Positions 55,430 to 64,000 of a stretch of DNA of 64,000 bases are shown here, piece after piece. This DNA is from Candidatus Hermodarchaeota archaeon (GTDB lineage Archaea; Asgardarchaeota; Lokiarchaeia; Sigyniarchaeales; SOKP01). Within the stretch, counting starts at the first letter, position 1. The number at the start of each line of letters is the position of its first letter. The position numbers were made by a program, and so were the translations under genes. The stretch spans positions 54,799 to 118,798 of the forward strand of contig JBHLLP010000001.1 of the NCBI GenBank assembly GCA_048885525.1. The letters run 5' to 3'. The notes under the pieces were generated by a model. The model searched no databases and was not told where the DNA came from. It saw only the letters and a program-made list of their open reading frames with translations.

Positions 55430-56890
55430 TTGTCAAAATTAATTGAATTTGAAGGATTTTTCAACCCAAAATTGGTTGCATTCTATGGAGCTTCTAATAT
55501 GATGCAAAAATTTGGCAGTATTCACCTTACAAATTTATTGTCTGCAGGATTTCAAGGTAAAGTGATTCCTATTCATCCAAAAGAAAAAAAAATCTTAGGT
55601 TTCAAAACCTATAAAAATATAAAAGACGTTCCCGAGCAAGTAGATTTAGCAGTAATGGCAATTAATCCAATGTTAATTAATAATGTTCTCGAGGATTGTG
55701 GCCAAAAAGGAGTGAAACATGTTATTATTTTATCTGGAGGGTTTTTGGAAGTAGGAAATAAAGATGCTCAAGATAAAATGAAAGAAATTGCTGAAAAATA
55801 TAATATTAAAATCATGGGCCCTAATTGTTCCGGTGAGGTGATTACCCCCACAGTGAATATAACTCATGTACCATGGCCTCCAAGAAAAGGTGGTGTATCA
55901 ATTGTCTCACAATCGGGAACATATGCTGTTCAGCCATTAATTGCGATCAGTTCAAAAATTGGATTAGGGATTTCAAAAATAATTTCTGTTGGTAATGAAG
56001 TTAATACCGATCTAGTTGATTATTTAGAAATTTTTGAAGAAGATGATGAAACTAAAGCAATTGGAATCTACTTTGAGGCAGTTAGGAGAGGAAAAGAATT
56101 CATCGAGTTGGTAGAAAGAATTAACAAGAAAAAACCAATAGTAATAATACCAATTGGTCAAACAGAAGCAGGAACACGATCAGCAAAATCTCATACAGCA
56201 GCAATCACATCTCCGGGTTATGTTATAGATTCAGTATGTGAACAAACAGGAGCAATAAAAGTCAAGAATAGTATAGATATGTTAAATTTACTTAATGCTT
56301 TCGATTCTCTACCACTTCCTAGAGGAAATCGAGTAGCTATATTAACATTGGGAGGAGGTCCAGGAACATTAATGTCAGATCTATTTGAAAATAATGGAAT
56401 GAATGTTCCAATGCTTAGTAAAGAATTACAAGAGAAATTAAAACCATGGATGCCAGAAACTGCATCAACAATAAATCCAATTGATTTAACATATTCAGAT
56501 GATATGCAAAATTTCTTAAATGTACTTCCAGAAATTCTATTAAAAAGCAATGAAATTGATTCACTCATTTTTTATGGTCTCATGGGGACTGAATATTTTA
56601 AGAACTTAGTAGATGTACCAGATTTTATGAGAGAACATGAGAGTGTCATCACCATGAGAAATTTTGGAGAAATGATGGAAGATTTCTTTATTGCACTTTT
56701 CGATGAGATTATTGAGTTTAAAGAGAAATATCAAAAACCTATTATTTTAACTTGCTATAACACTAGAGAAGAAAAATTTGTAACCTACTTACAAGATCAT
56801 GGAATTCCTGTTTATTATCCTGAAGAAGGAGTATGGACTCTCATAAGAATGTGGCAATATGCTAAATTTTTAAAATTAAAAGATGAGTAA
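55430..56890 (+). CDS. ADP-forming acetyl/acyl-CoA synthetase, alpha (CoA-binding/ligase) subunit
   Basis: FFNPKLVAFYGAS, VIPIHPKEKKILGFKTYKNIKDVPEQVDLAV, GPNCSG and the phosphohistidine context AKSHTAAITS. Confidence 0.85.
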   Translation: MSKLIEFEGFFNPKLVAFYGASNMMQKFGSIHLTNLLSAGFQGKVIPIHPKEKKILGFKTYKNIKDVPEQVDLAVMAINPMLINNVLEDCGQKGVKHVIILSGGFLEVGNKDAQDKMKEIAEKYNIKIMGPNCSGEVITPTVNITHVPWPPRKGGVSIVSQSGTYAVQPLIAISSKIGLGISKIISVGNEVNTDLVDYLEIFEEDDETKAIGIYFEAVRRGKEFIELVERINKKKPIVIIPIGQTEAGTRSAKSHTAAITSPGYVIDSVCEQTGAIKVKNSIDMLNLLNAFDSLPLPRGNRVAILTLGGGPGTLMSDLFENNGMNVPMLSKELQEKLKPWMPETASTINPIDLTYSDDMQNFLNVLPEILLKSNEIDSLIFYGLMGTEYFKNLVDVPDFMREHESVITMRNFGEMMEDFFIALFDEIIEFKEKYQKPIILTCYNTREEKFVTYLQDHGIPVYYPEEGVWTLIRMWQYAKFLKLKDE

Positions 56891-56907
56891 TTTTTCTTTT
56901 GGTTTTT
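56891..56907 (+). terminator. T-rich tract immediately after the ACD alpha stop (possible archaeal terminator)
   Basis: TTTTTCTTTTGGTTTTT directly follows the TAA at 56888-56890. Confidence 0.3.
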
Positions 56908-56932
56908 GTCTATATTTTTATACTATAACCCT

Positions 56933-57219
56933 TTAACTTTTTTTAATCATACGTGGGGTAGTACAATAAAATTTAACTTTTGGATATCCGAATGTAATTA
57001 CACCGACTTCTTTTCTCATATATTCGCTAACTTCATTATCCTTGGATTAATTTTCATTGACATATGAGTCCAACCATTCCAATATGTTCCTAAACCAAGA
57101 GGTTTTTCTGCTAATCTTCCGTAAATAATTACGTTCGCAATATTACGGGATTTAATGTCTAAATCCATGGAAGAATATACTAAAATAATGTGAGGTGTAT
57201 TTTCTTTGAGTTCTTTGTT
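56933..57219 (-). pseudogene. Nitroreductase-family gene remnant (C-terminal part only, frameshifted)
   Basis: Own translation gives ...IILVYSSMDLDIKSRNIANVIIYGRLAEKPLGLGTYWNGW...KLANI-stop. After a frame change it gives EVGVITFGYPKVKFYCTTPRMIKKS-stop. GLGT.W.GW and GYP......PR are nitroreductase C-terminal blocks. There is no N-terminal half and no start codon. Confidence 0.4.
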
Positions 57220-57299
57220 TTAATCCATATAGCAAATTATGTTTACAAATCATCTCAATTTTGGTATTATATTAAAGAAGAGCCGAATTATAACTAATT

Positions 57300-57437
57300 A
57301 TGCTGAAATGGTGTCATAAATGTGGGATGATTCGTTCAATGAAAGACTTAGTGCTATTAGAGAACGGAAATTATCTGTGTTTCTTATGCTGGAACGAGTT
57401 TAATAAAGAAAAAGATAAAAAATCAAAAGAGGAATGA
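57300..57437 (+). CDS. Possible small zinc-ribbon protein (45 aa), not in ORF track
   Basis: Own translation: MLKWCHKCGMIRSMKDLVLLENGNYLCFLCWNEFNKEKDKKSKEE, with two CxxC pairs spaced like a zinc ribbon. Confidence 0.3.
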   Translation: MLKWCHKCGMIRSMKDLVLLENGNYLCFLCWNEFNKEKDKKSKEE

Positions 57438-57461
57438 TTTATATATATTTTTTATAATTTA

Positions 57462-57683
57462 TTAATCATAAGAGATAAGAAATGTATATTTCTCAAGATT
57501 AAACTTCTTTATTTTTATCTCGTTGTTTTTTTCTTTTTTTGGAAAAAGAGGCATTTTGATTACTATTTTATATTTATCTAAGTAAAAATTATTATAAAAA
57601 ACATTCTCAAATTTATCCCAATCTATAAATTTTTGAATGGAAATCTGATTATTTTTTATTGTTGGTATTAAAGACATAGCCAT
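57462..57683 (-). CDS. Doubtful hypothetical ORF
   Basis: 73-aa low-complexity K/N/I-rich ORF in a long AT-rich spacer. No motif. Confidence 0.15.
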   Translation of the reverse strand: MAMSLIPTIKNNQISIQKFIDWDKFENVFYNNFYLDKYKIVIKMPLFPKKEKNNEIKIKKFNLEKYTFLISYD

Positions 57684-58069
57684 TTTTTTAATTTTTACAG
57701 AGATTTATTAAATTTTAATAAATGTGAACAATTTTATTTTTTAATACTTTTATAATGCTGTAATTGTTCCGAAATAACAAATAGATGGTTATTTCTGAAT
57801 GATAGCGTAAAATGGTACCATCTATATTATAATAAATTGTATATTTAAATGTTTCTTTAATATTATTTAAAGAAAGATTAATCGTTTAACATTAGCTATG
57901 AACTTCTTATTAATGAGAGTTTATTTTCCATGCGATTTTTTAATAATAATAACCTTTAATCAAGGTTTTCTTAAAATTAAAGACAAAATAGTACAAAATT
58001 GAAATCATTTTTGGATAAACTTTTTAAATCTGATTTTATTTAAATTTAAAAGAAATTTGGAAGTTAAAT

Positions 58070-60034
58070 ATGGAAACTGGCTTTTTTGGAAGAGTCTTAT
58101 GGATTAACCTTACAGAAGAGAATTTTAAAGAGGTAAAAATAAACAAAGAGATATATAGGCAATATCTCGGAGGATATGGGTTAGGTGTAAAATTAATTTA
58201 CGAAAAAATGCCTGCTAAATTAGATCCATTAGATCCTGAATCTGTCTTCGGATTTTTTCCAGGACTATTAACAGGAACTGCAGCACCATTTTCTGGAAGG
58301 TATATGGTAGCTGGCAAATCTCCACTTACGGGAACTTGGGGTGATTCTAATTCTGGAGGAATTTTTGGGCCAGAAATAAAAAAATGTGGATACGATGCTA
58401 TTCTTTTTAAAGGAATCGCCAATTCGCCTAAATATCTCTATATTACTGGGGATAATAAAGAAATTTTAGATGCTTCAAAAATCTGGGGTTTAGATATAAT
58501 TGCAACAGAAAAAAAATTGAAAGAAAAACATGGTAAATTTATTAAAACTGCAGCAATTGGAAAAGCTGGTGAAAATTTATCTCGTATTTCTGGAATTGGT
58601 AATGACAAAGGAAGAATTGCTGCTCGAGCGGGATTAGGGGCAATTATGGGTTCAAAAAATTTAAAAGCTTTAGTTTTAAAGGGGGATAGGAAGATTTCCA
58701 TTTACAACAAAGAAAAATTCTTAAAATTAATAAGATTTTATAATGAAAGCGGAACACATGAGGAACCTAACAAATTAATTCGATCAATTCTGAAAAATGT
58801 TCCAAGATTGGCTAAAACTATTCGTAGATTTAGAATTGGATTCACGGGGCCCCCAAAAATGATCCGAGAAATTTACAAATCTTTTGGAACTAGCGTTGGA
58901 AACACAATTTCAGCAGAATCAAATGATTCTCCAATAAAAAATTGGAGTGGAATCGGTATGTATGATTTTCCATTTAAAAAATCTAATAATTTATCTGCAA
59001 TAAAGATTCAAAAATATAAAATCAGAGAATATGGATGTTTTAGTTGTCCAGTTCAATGTGGTGGAATTTTAAAAGTACCAGAATTAGATCTAGATGAAAC
59101 ACACCTTCCAGAATATGAAACTTGTTGTTCATTTGGTGCCCTCTTACTTAATGATGATCTAATCTCAATATTCGAGTTAAATGAATTATGTAATCGCGCA
59201 GCAATAGATACGATATCTACAGGTGCTACTATCGCTTTTGCTATAGAATGTTTTGAAAATGGTATTCTAACTAAAAAAGATACTGATGGGTTAGAATTAA
59301 CATGGGGAAACTCAAAATCTATTGTTGAATTAGCTAAAAAGATAATAAACCGTGATGGAATAGGAGATATTTTAGCAGATGGATGTAAAATTGCGGCACA
59401 AAAAATAGGAAAAGATTCAGATAAATATGCGATAACATCCTTAGGTTCTGAAATTGCTATGCATAATCCAAGAGTTTTTCCTTCATTAGCTTTTACATAT
59501 AATTATGATCCAACTCCTGGAAGACATACTGCCGCAAGTATTGATTTTATTGACATTGGACCAATAAATAAATTTCAAAAGGGATTTAAACTACCAAAAG
59601 GGTGGAAAAAGAATGACAAGAAGAAACAAGAAGGTCAAAAATTAGTTACTGCCTTTCATCAAGTTCTTAGTAGTGTTGGGCTATGTATGTTTTCAACTTT
59701 GTTTGGATCATATCCTCTTATCGATCTGATTAATAATTTAACTGGATGGGATATTAAAGTTGACGAAATTATAAAAATTGGATTAAGAATTCAAACATTA
59801 CGTCAATCATTCACTTTACGGGAAGAGATAGACATTGCTAATAATAAATTACCCTATAGAGTTACTGGTCATCCTCCAGACGATAAAGGCCCAACAAAAG
59901 GTATATCAGTTGAATATGAAGAATTTTACCGAGGATTCTGTCGTGAAATGGGATGGAATCCTAAAAATGGATACCCTTTAATAGAAACTCTAAAAGATCT
60001 AAATTTGGATTTTGTTATAAAGGATTTATATTAA
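58070..60034 (+). CDS. aor: Tungsten-containing aldehyde:ferredoxin oxidoreductase family
   Basis: N-terminus GRVLWINLTEENFKEVKINKEIYRQYLGGYGLGVKLIY and the cluster/pterin region EYGCFSCPVQCGG. 654 aa. Confidence 0.9.
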   Translation: METGFFGRVLWINLTEENFKEVKINKEIYRQYLGGYGLGVKLIYEKMPAKLDPLDPESVFGFFPGLLTGTAAPFSGRYMVAGKSPLTGTWGDSNSGGIFGPEIKKCGYDAILFKGIANSPKYLYITGDNKEILDASKIWGLDIIATEKKLKEKHGKFIKTAAIGKAGENLSRISGIGNDKGRIAARAGLGAIMGSKNLKALVLKGDRKISIYNKEKFLKLIRFYNESGTHEEPNKLIRSILKNVPRLAKTIRRFRIGFTGPPKMIREIYKSFGTSVGNTISAESNDSPIKNWSGIGMYDFPFKKSNNLSAIKIQKYKIREYGCFSCPVQCGGILKVPELDLDETHLPEYETCCSFGALLLNDDLISIFELNELCNRAAIDTISTGATIAFAIECFENGILTKKDTDGLELTWGNSKSIVELAKKIINRDGIGDILADGCKIAAQKIGKDSDKYAITSLGSEIAMHNPRVFPSLAFTYNYDPTPGRHTAASIDFIDIGPINKFQKGFKLPKGWKKNDKKKQEGQKLVTAFHQVLSSVGLCMFSTLFGSYPLIDLINNLTGWDIKVDEIIKIGLRIQTLRQSFTLREEIDIANNKLPYRVTGHPPDDKGPTKGISVEYEEFYRGFCREMGWNPKNGYPLIETLKDLNLDFVIKDLY

Positions 60035-60066
60035 AGCCATATTTTTCTTTATAAAATTACTATCTA

Positions 60067-60552
60067 GTGGAATACATTATTATGAATGATACAAAACCTA
60101 TTGATTTGAATTCTTTTATAAAGACCACTGTGGTTAAAAATTACATAAAAGTAAGAGGAAAACATTCACCAATTTCAGAAATTGTCAATAAAGTTTCCAA
60201 ATCTTTATCAGTAAAAAAAATCTATGATTTGAGAGAAAGAGAAAATCATTTTTATGTTATAATAGTAAAAAATTATTCTAAGCATCCAAAATTAAGATAT
60301 TTCATAGCAATTTCATTAGCAAATAATAGTTCTGATTTATTAGTTCAACTCGCAAGAAACATAGCTGTCAGAAATGATTTAAAATTGATTCAATATTCAA
60401 TCTTTCCAAAGACCTTAAGAATTCAATTATTATTACTAAAAGAAATTAAAAAAGTTGAAGATTATGCTATCTTTATTGAAAAACTGAAAACTTTTAGAAA
60501 AGAATTTCGTACTAAACTCAGCAATTTAAGGAATTTAGTGGAAAATGAATAA
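60067..60552 (+). CDS. Hypothetical protein
   Basis: 161-aa ORF (GTG start) 32 nt after aor. No motif recognised. Confidence 0.4.
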   Translation: MEYIIMNDTKPIDLNSFIKTTVVKNYIKVRGKHSPISEIVNKVSKSLSVKKIYDLRERENHFYVIIVKNYSKHPKLRYFIAISLANNSSDLLVQLARNIAVRNDLKLIQYSIFPKTLRIQLLLLKEIKKVEDYAIFIEKLKTFRKEFRTKLSNLRNLVENE

Positions 60553-60642
60553 TTTTTAAGGATGAACATAATAATATTATTATCATAATAATTTTCATTT
60601 TAGAATCCGAAATACTTTAAACTTAAGAAAAGGTTAATAAAA

Positions 60643-62121
60643 ATGTCATTTAGAGAGAATACTGTAAAGATCGTCTCAACATTAGGTCCAGCTTCAAGTT
60701 CAAAGACGATGCTTAAAAATTTAATAGAAGCTGGAGTTGATATTTTTAGATTAAATTTTTCCCATGGATCTCATGATGAAAAACGAGAATTATTTAATAG
60801 AGTTAGAGAAGTAAGTGAATATACAGGAATATTAGCTGATATTCAAGGACCTAAAATCAGAGTGGGAAAATTTAAGGAAGATCAAGCATATAGCTTAAGT
60901 ATCGGTCAAGAAGTTAAAGTTTTTGAAAAAGATATTGAAGGTGATCAAAAACAATTTTCAGTTCCTTTAGAGGGTTTTCTTAAATCAATAAGAGTCGGAG
61001 ATGTATTCTTTGTAAATGATGGAATTATTAAAATTAAAGTCATCAGAAAAGAATCAGACCATATAGTAGGAGAAGTACTAGCTGGAGGCATGATCAGCAA
61101 CAGAAAAGGAGTCAATATTCCAACTGGAGAATTATCTCAAAGAGTTCCTACTGAAAAAGACATAGAAGATCTTAAATTTATTGCTGAAATGGATCCTGAA
61201 TATGTAGCAATTTCATTTGTAGCAAGTGGAGATGATGTCTTAAATGTTCGACGAATTCTTGAGAATTATGGAAATTCTAAAATAAAATTAATTTCAAAAA
61301 TCGAACGACCTATAGCATTAACTAATTTTGATCAAATCCTAGAAGTAAGCGACGGAATCATGGTTGCTAGAGGAGATTTAGGAGTTGAAATAGATCCGGA
61401 TAAAGTACCATTATGGCAAAAAGAAATGATATATAAAGCTAATCGAGAGGGAAAACCCATTATTGTAGCAACTCAAATGCTAGAATCAATGATCTCTAAT
61501 CCTATACCTACCAGAGCAGAAGCCAATGATGTATATAATGCTGTTATGGATGGAACTGATGCAGTAATGCTTTCAGCAGAAACTGCAATGGGAAAATATC
61601 CTATTAATTCTGTTCAATATATGAATCAAATTGCTAAAACTGCAACTGAAAATATGCCTAAAAGAATTCCTGATGAATATGATTCTGATCGATTAACTCA
61701 TACTCAAACTCTTGGACATGCTATACATTCTTTGGCATCAGAAATGCAAGAATTAAATTTTAGGGGGAAAATTTTGGTGATCACGAGGAGAGGTTATGGA
61801 GCTAGAATGATAGCGAAATATCGACCTCCTTTACCAATAATTGCAATAACACCACGTAAAAGAACAGCTAGAGAATTAAATCTAGTTTGGGCTGTTCAAG
61901 CTATTCAAATTGCAAATATTGATTTCTTCAATATGGATGCTGAAGAGATAATAGAGCAATCTGTTAAACTCGCCGTTGAAAATAAATTATTAGACGAGAA
62001 TGAGCATGTAATAATCTTATTGGTTTCAAGAAAATTTGAACGTAGAGGAAATTTGGTAGGTTTTTATTATGTTGGTGAAATTATCGAATCTAAATCTGAA
62101 AAAAAGAAATTGAATAATTAA
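60643..62121 (+). CDS. pyk: Pyruvate kinase
   Basis: KIVSTLGPAS, FRLNFSHGS, ISKIERP and MVARGDLGVEI motifs, followed by MLESM. 492 aa. Confidence 0.9.
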   Translation: MSFRENTVKIVSTLGPASSSKTMLKNLIEAGVDIFRLNFSHGSHDEKRELFNRVREVSEYTGILADIQGPKIRVGKFKEDQAYSLSIGQEVKVFEKDIEGDQKQFSVPLEGFLKSIRVGDVFFVNDGIIKIKVIRKESDHIVGEVLAGGMISNRKGVNIPTGELSQRVPTEKDIEDLKFIAEMDPEYVAISFVASGDDVLNVRRILENYGNSKIKLISKIERPIALTNFDQILEVSDGIMVARGDLGVEIDPDKVPLWQKEMIYKANREGKPIIVATQMLESMISNPIPTRAEANDVYNAVMDGTDAVMLSAETAMGKYPINSVQYMNQIAKTATENMPKRIPDEYDSDRLTHTQTLGHAIHSLASEMQELNFRGKILVITRRGYGARMIAKYRPPLPIIAITPRKRTARELNLVWAVQAIQIANIDFFNMDAEEIIEQSVKLAVENKLLDENEHVIILLVSRKFERRGNLVGFYYVGEIIESKSEKKKLNN

Positions 62122-62275
62122 ATTGAATTCTCAATGATTATTTAAACAATAAGGTTATTGAATTTTAACTAAATACTATATAAACTATTTTAAATTTTAA
62201 TAAGTTATAGATTTTTATTTACCAAATTAAAATCTATTATTATTAGAATTAAAAAAATGGATTGAGGTAAAAATT

Positions 62276-62704
62276 ATGAGTACTGAATGGAAACATGCAT
62301 CATGGGTATCCACTCTGGGAAAATGGGCATGGGTTTTGATAATAATAAATAGCATTATAGATATCATTTGGGGTCTTATTATCATAATTCCACTCGCGGT
62401 TCTACCATATGGTTATTTATTGATGGGTTACGGTATTTGGCTACTTTTGGGGGGAATTATAAATGCTTTAATCGCATTCTTTATTATATTGCCAAAATTC
62501 TCTAAAAAGTGCAGTGAAAGAGACTGGGATTCTCTATTAAATTGGGTTTTACCTATTGGCAGTTTAAGATTTCCATGGATGCTTTTATGGGGAATAATCC
62601 TAGAAATTTTTGGATATGGTTGGGGTGGGTTACCAGTATTAATTCCAGCAATTTTCTTATTATTCACTGGTCCAAAACGATATGAATGGTCATCTCAAAA
62701 ATAG
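62276..62704 (+). CDS. Small integral membrane protein
   Basis: 142 aa with four hydrophobic helices. The antisense ORF 62428..62667 is judged a shadow. Confidence 0.5.
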   Translation: MSTEWKHASWVSTLGKWAWVLIIINSIIDIIWGLIIIIPLAVLPYGYLLMGYGIWLLLGGIINALIAFFIILPKFSKKCSERDWDSLLNWVLPIGSLRFPWMLLWGIILEIFGYGWGGLPVLIPAIFLLFTGPKRYEWSSQK

Positions 62705-62723
62705 AGAACAAATTTCATCTATA

Positions 62724-62735
62724 TTTTTTTTTTTT
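62724..62735 (+). terminator. Oligo-T tract (12 T) after membrane-protein gene
   Basis: Uninterrupted T run 20 nt after the TAG at 62702-62704. Confidence 0.3.
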
Positions 62736-62825
62736 CATTGTTTAAAGAAATTTTTAGACTATTATTGTATTTATATAAATCTATTTTTTTAACTCTTGAA
62801 ATAATAAAAAATATCTAAGATTGAA

Positions 62826-63230
62826 ATGTATAATTCTTTCAAGAAATTTAATAATAAGATATATACAGGTATGAGAATAGGGAACTCTCATCATTGGAAT
62901 TACACTAATGGAAAATGGTATGAAACTAAAAAAGAACCTGATAAATGGAATTTCACATTTGAAAGTCTAAAAACAAGGATTAACCCAGCACCAATCAACA
63001 GTGGTGCTGACATCAATACTCAATTTCATTGGTATATAATTGCTGATCAAATTGCAACTAAAATTGATAACAATTCTTATATGACCTCAATGAATGGAAT
63101 TAAATTTAAAATTGGGCATAAGCGCCCCTATTGGAGAACTTTTAGTTATAATTACCCAAATCAAATAGGATATAAAGAAAAAGTAATTGAAATCTTAGAA
63201 CGAATTCTTTTTGAACTCAAGAATAAATAA
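62826..63230 (+). CDS. Hypothetical protein (Trp/Tyr-rich, soluble)
   Basis: 134-aa ATG ORF (KIYTGMRIGNSHHWNYTNGKWYETKKEPDKWNF...). No domain I can name. Confidence 0.45.
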   Translation: MYNSFKKFNNKIYTGMRIGNSHHWNYTNGKWYETKKEPDKWNFTFESLKTRINPAPINSGADINTQFHWYIIADQIATKIDNNSYMTSMNGIKFKIGHKRPYWRTFSYNYPNQIGYKEKVIEILERILFELKNK

Positions 63231-63271
63231 TTTCAAGAAGATGTATTCAAAAATTAAGGTGAAAATGTCGC

Positions 63272-63481
63272 TTAATTTGTATTTAAATATTTAATTTTTG
63301 GTTTTATATCGATATTTGGCTGATATTTGGTTTTGAAACAATAGCAATGACAACAATATAATTCAATATAATTACAATTCCAAATTTTAGTTAAGTAGTT
63401 GATATCTTTTGGACTACTATTTTTAATATAACTTTCATAATCCAGATCTTTTCCGCATCTAAAGCACTTTCTTGATCTCAT
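63272..63481 (-). CDS. Small Cys-rich protein (zinc-finger-like)
   Basis: MRSRKCFRCGKDL... and ...LYCCHCYCFK provide CxxC plus a CCxCxC cluster. 69 aa. Confidence 0.35.
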   Translation of the reverse strand: MRSRKCFRCGKDLDYESYIKNSSPKDINYLTKIWNCNYIELYCCHCYCFKTKYQPNIDIKPKIKYLNTN

Positions 63482-63502
63482 TTTTAAAAAAATACAATTG
63501 AT

Positions 63503-64000
63503 TTAAAATTGTTCATAATGAACAATCTTATCAATAGACTTTCTTTCTTTTACTTCACCTTTAGGTTTTACTGAATATCCTAGAGGTGTTAATCCCATTA
63601 CTTTATATTTTTTAGGTATTTTTAATGCTTCTTTAACCTCTTCTTCGTTAAATTGACCAATCCAACAAGTTGCTAAACCTTCAGCTGTAGCAGCTAAAAT
63701 TAAATGTTCAAAACAGATACCAAAATCAACACCATAATATTTTTCTCCATTTTTATTTACTCCAGATCCGCTTGTAGAAATGATCCCAACAATAAATATT
63801 GGGGCTTCTATAAATTTTTTTTCTTGTCCAACCGCTTTCCATACAGCTTTAATATTTTCAGGCTCTTTTACTACAATATAATGAACACCTTGCATATTAG
63901 CCCATGTTGGAGCCAGACGCGCAGCTTCTAAAATTCTATCAACTTTTTCTTTTTCTGGCATATCTGGTTTATAAACTCGAAAACTTCTTCGCCTTTTCAC
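63503..64000 (-). CDS. Nitroreductase-family protein (partial; N-terminus probably just beyond the right window edge)
   Basis: KRRRSFRVYKPD (RRS.R motif), ILEAARLAPTWANMQ, GLATCWIG and PLGY blocks. The ORF is open to position 64000. Confidence 0.8.
   Translation of the reverse strand: MKRRRSFRVYKPDMPEKEKVDRILEAARLAPTWANMQGVHYIVVKEPENIKAVWKAVGQEKKFIEAPIFIVGIISTSGSGVNKNGEKYYGVDFGICFEHLILAATAEGLATCWIGQFNEEEVKEALKIPKKYKVMGLTPLGYSVKPKGEVKERKSIDKIVHYEQF

Noticed and set aside
1-64000. Searched by eye for rRNA or tRNA genes, CRISPR repeat-spacer arrays, transposase/integrase genes and terminal inverted repeats of mobile elements
   Set aside because: No GC-rich cloverleaf-like stretches in the AT-rich spacers. 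No regularly spaced direct repeats. No ORF with DDE, tyrosine-recombinase or serine-recombinase motifs. The window appears to be core-like chromosome without recognisable mobile DNA.

Overview
AT-rich, gene-dense chromosomal segment with about 70 ORFs, short intergenic gaps and many abutting or overlapping stop/start codons. It looks archaeal. The evidence is an ADP-forming acetyl-CoA synthetase alpha/beta pair, a tungsten-type aldehyde:ferredoxin oxidoreductase, a DUF1724-type wHTH regulator, an SMC/kleisin/KITE operon, frequent TTG/GTG starts, GGTGA-type Shine-Dalgarno strings and oligo-T tracts after genes. The divergent small GTPase and the overall gene mix fit an Asgard (Lokiarchaeia-like) genome, but that is inference only. 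I found no rRNA, tRNA, CRISPR array, transposase or integrase. Housekeeping and metabolic content: CoA-transferase/GNAT fusion (partial), TatD, uxuA plus SDR, ThyA-like protein, MoaD/SAMP-like ubiquitin-fold protein, two dolichol-kinase-like paralogues, Maf plus YjjX NTPases, DUF1028, RimK-type ligase, arsR-acr3 cluster, HD hydrolase, glyoxalase, Isf flavoprotein, MBL hydrolase, SlyD, MFS transporter, NUDIX, Fe-S protein, a beta-oxidation-like operon ending in ACD, AOR, pyruvate kinase and a nitroreductase (partial). The main candidate for an undescribed system is a PadR-headed, tightly packed eight-gene minus-strand cluster at 26489-39324. It encodes three UvrA-like units (one 837-aa protein and one 1629-aa tandem-duplicated protein with four ABC domains) with no uvrB or uvrC in the window. 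It also encodes an HNH-nuclease/papain-like (BtrH-N/C39-like) fusion, a second papain-like paralogue, a SAM methyltransferase, a Cys-rich DUF3795-like protein and a prenyltransferase-repeat alpha/alpha-toroid protein. Other notable loci: a non-canonical (SMC5/6-like head) SMC-kleisin-KITE operon led by a degenerate AAA+ pseudo-ATPase; a single-chain tandem (2 x 6TM) voltage-sensor-type K+ channel; and an MglA-like small GTPase translationally coupled to an unknown 270-aa partner. All functional calls rest on motif-level reading of the translated ORFs and were not confirmed by database searches.
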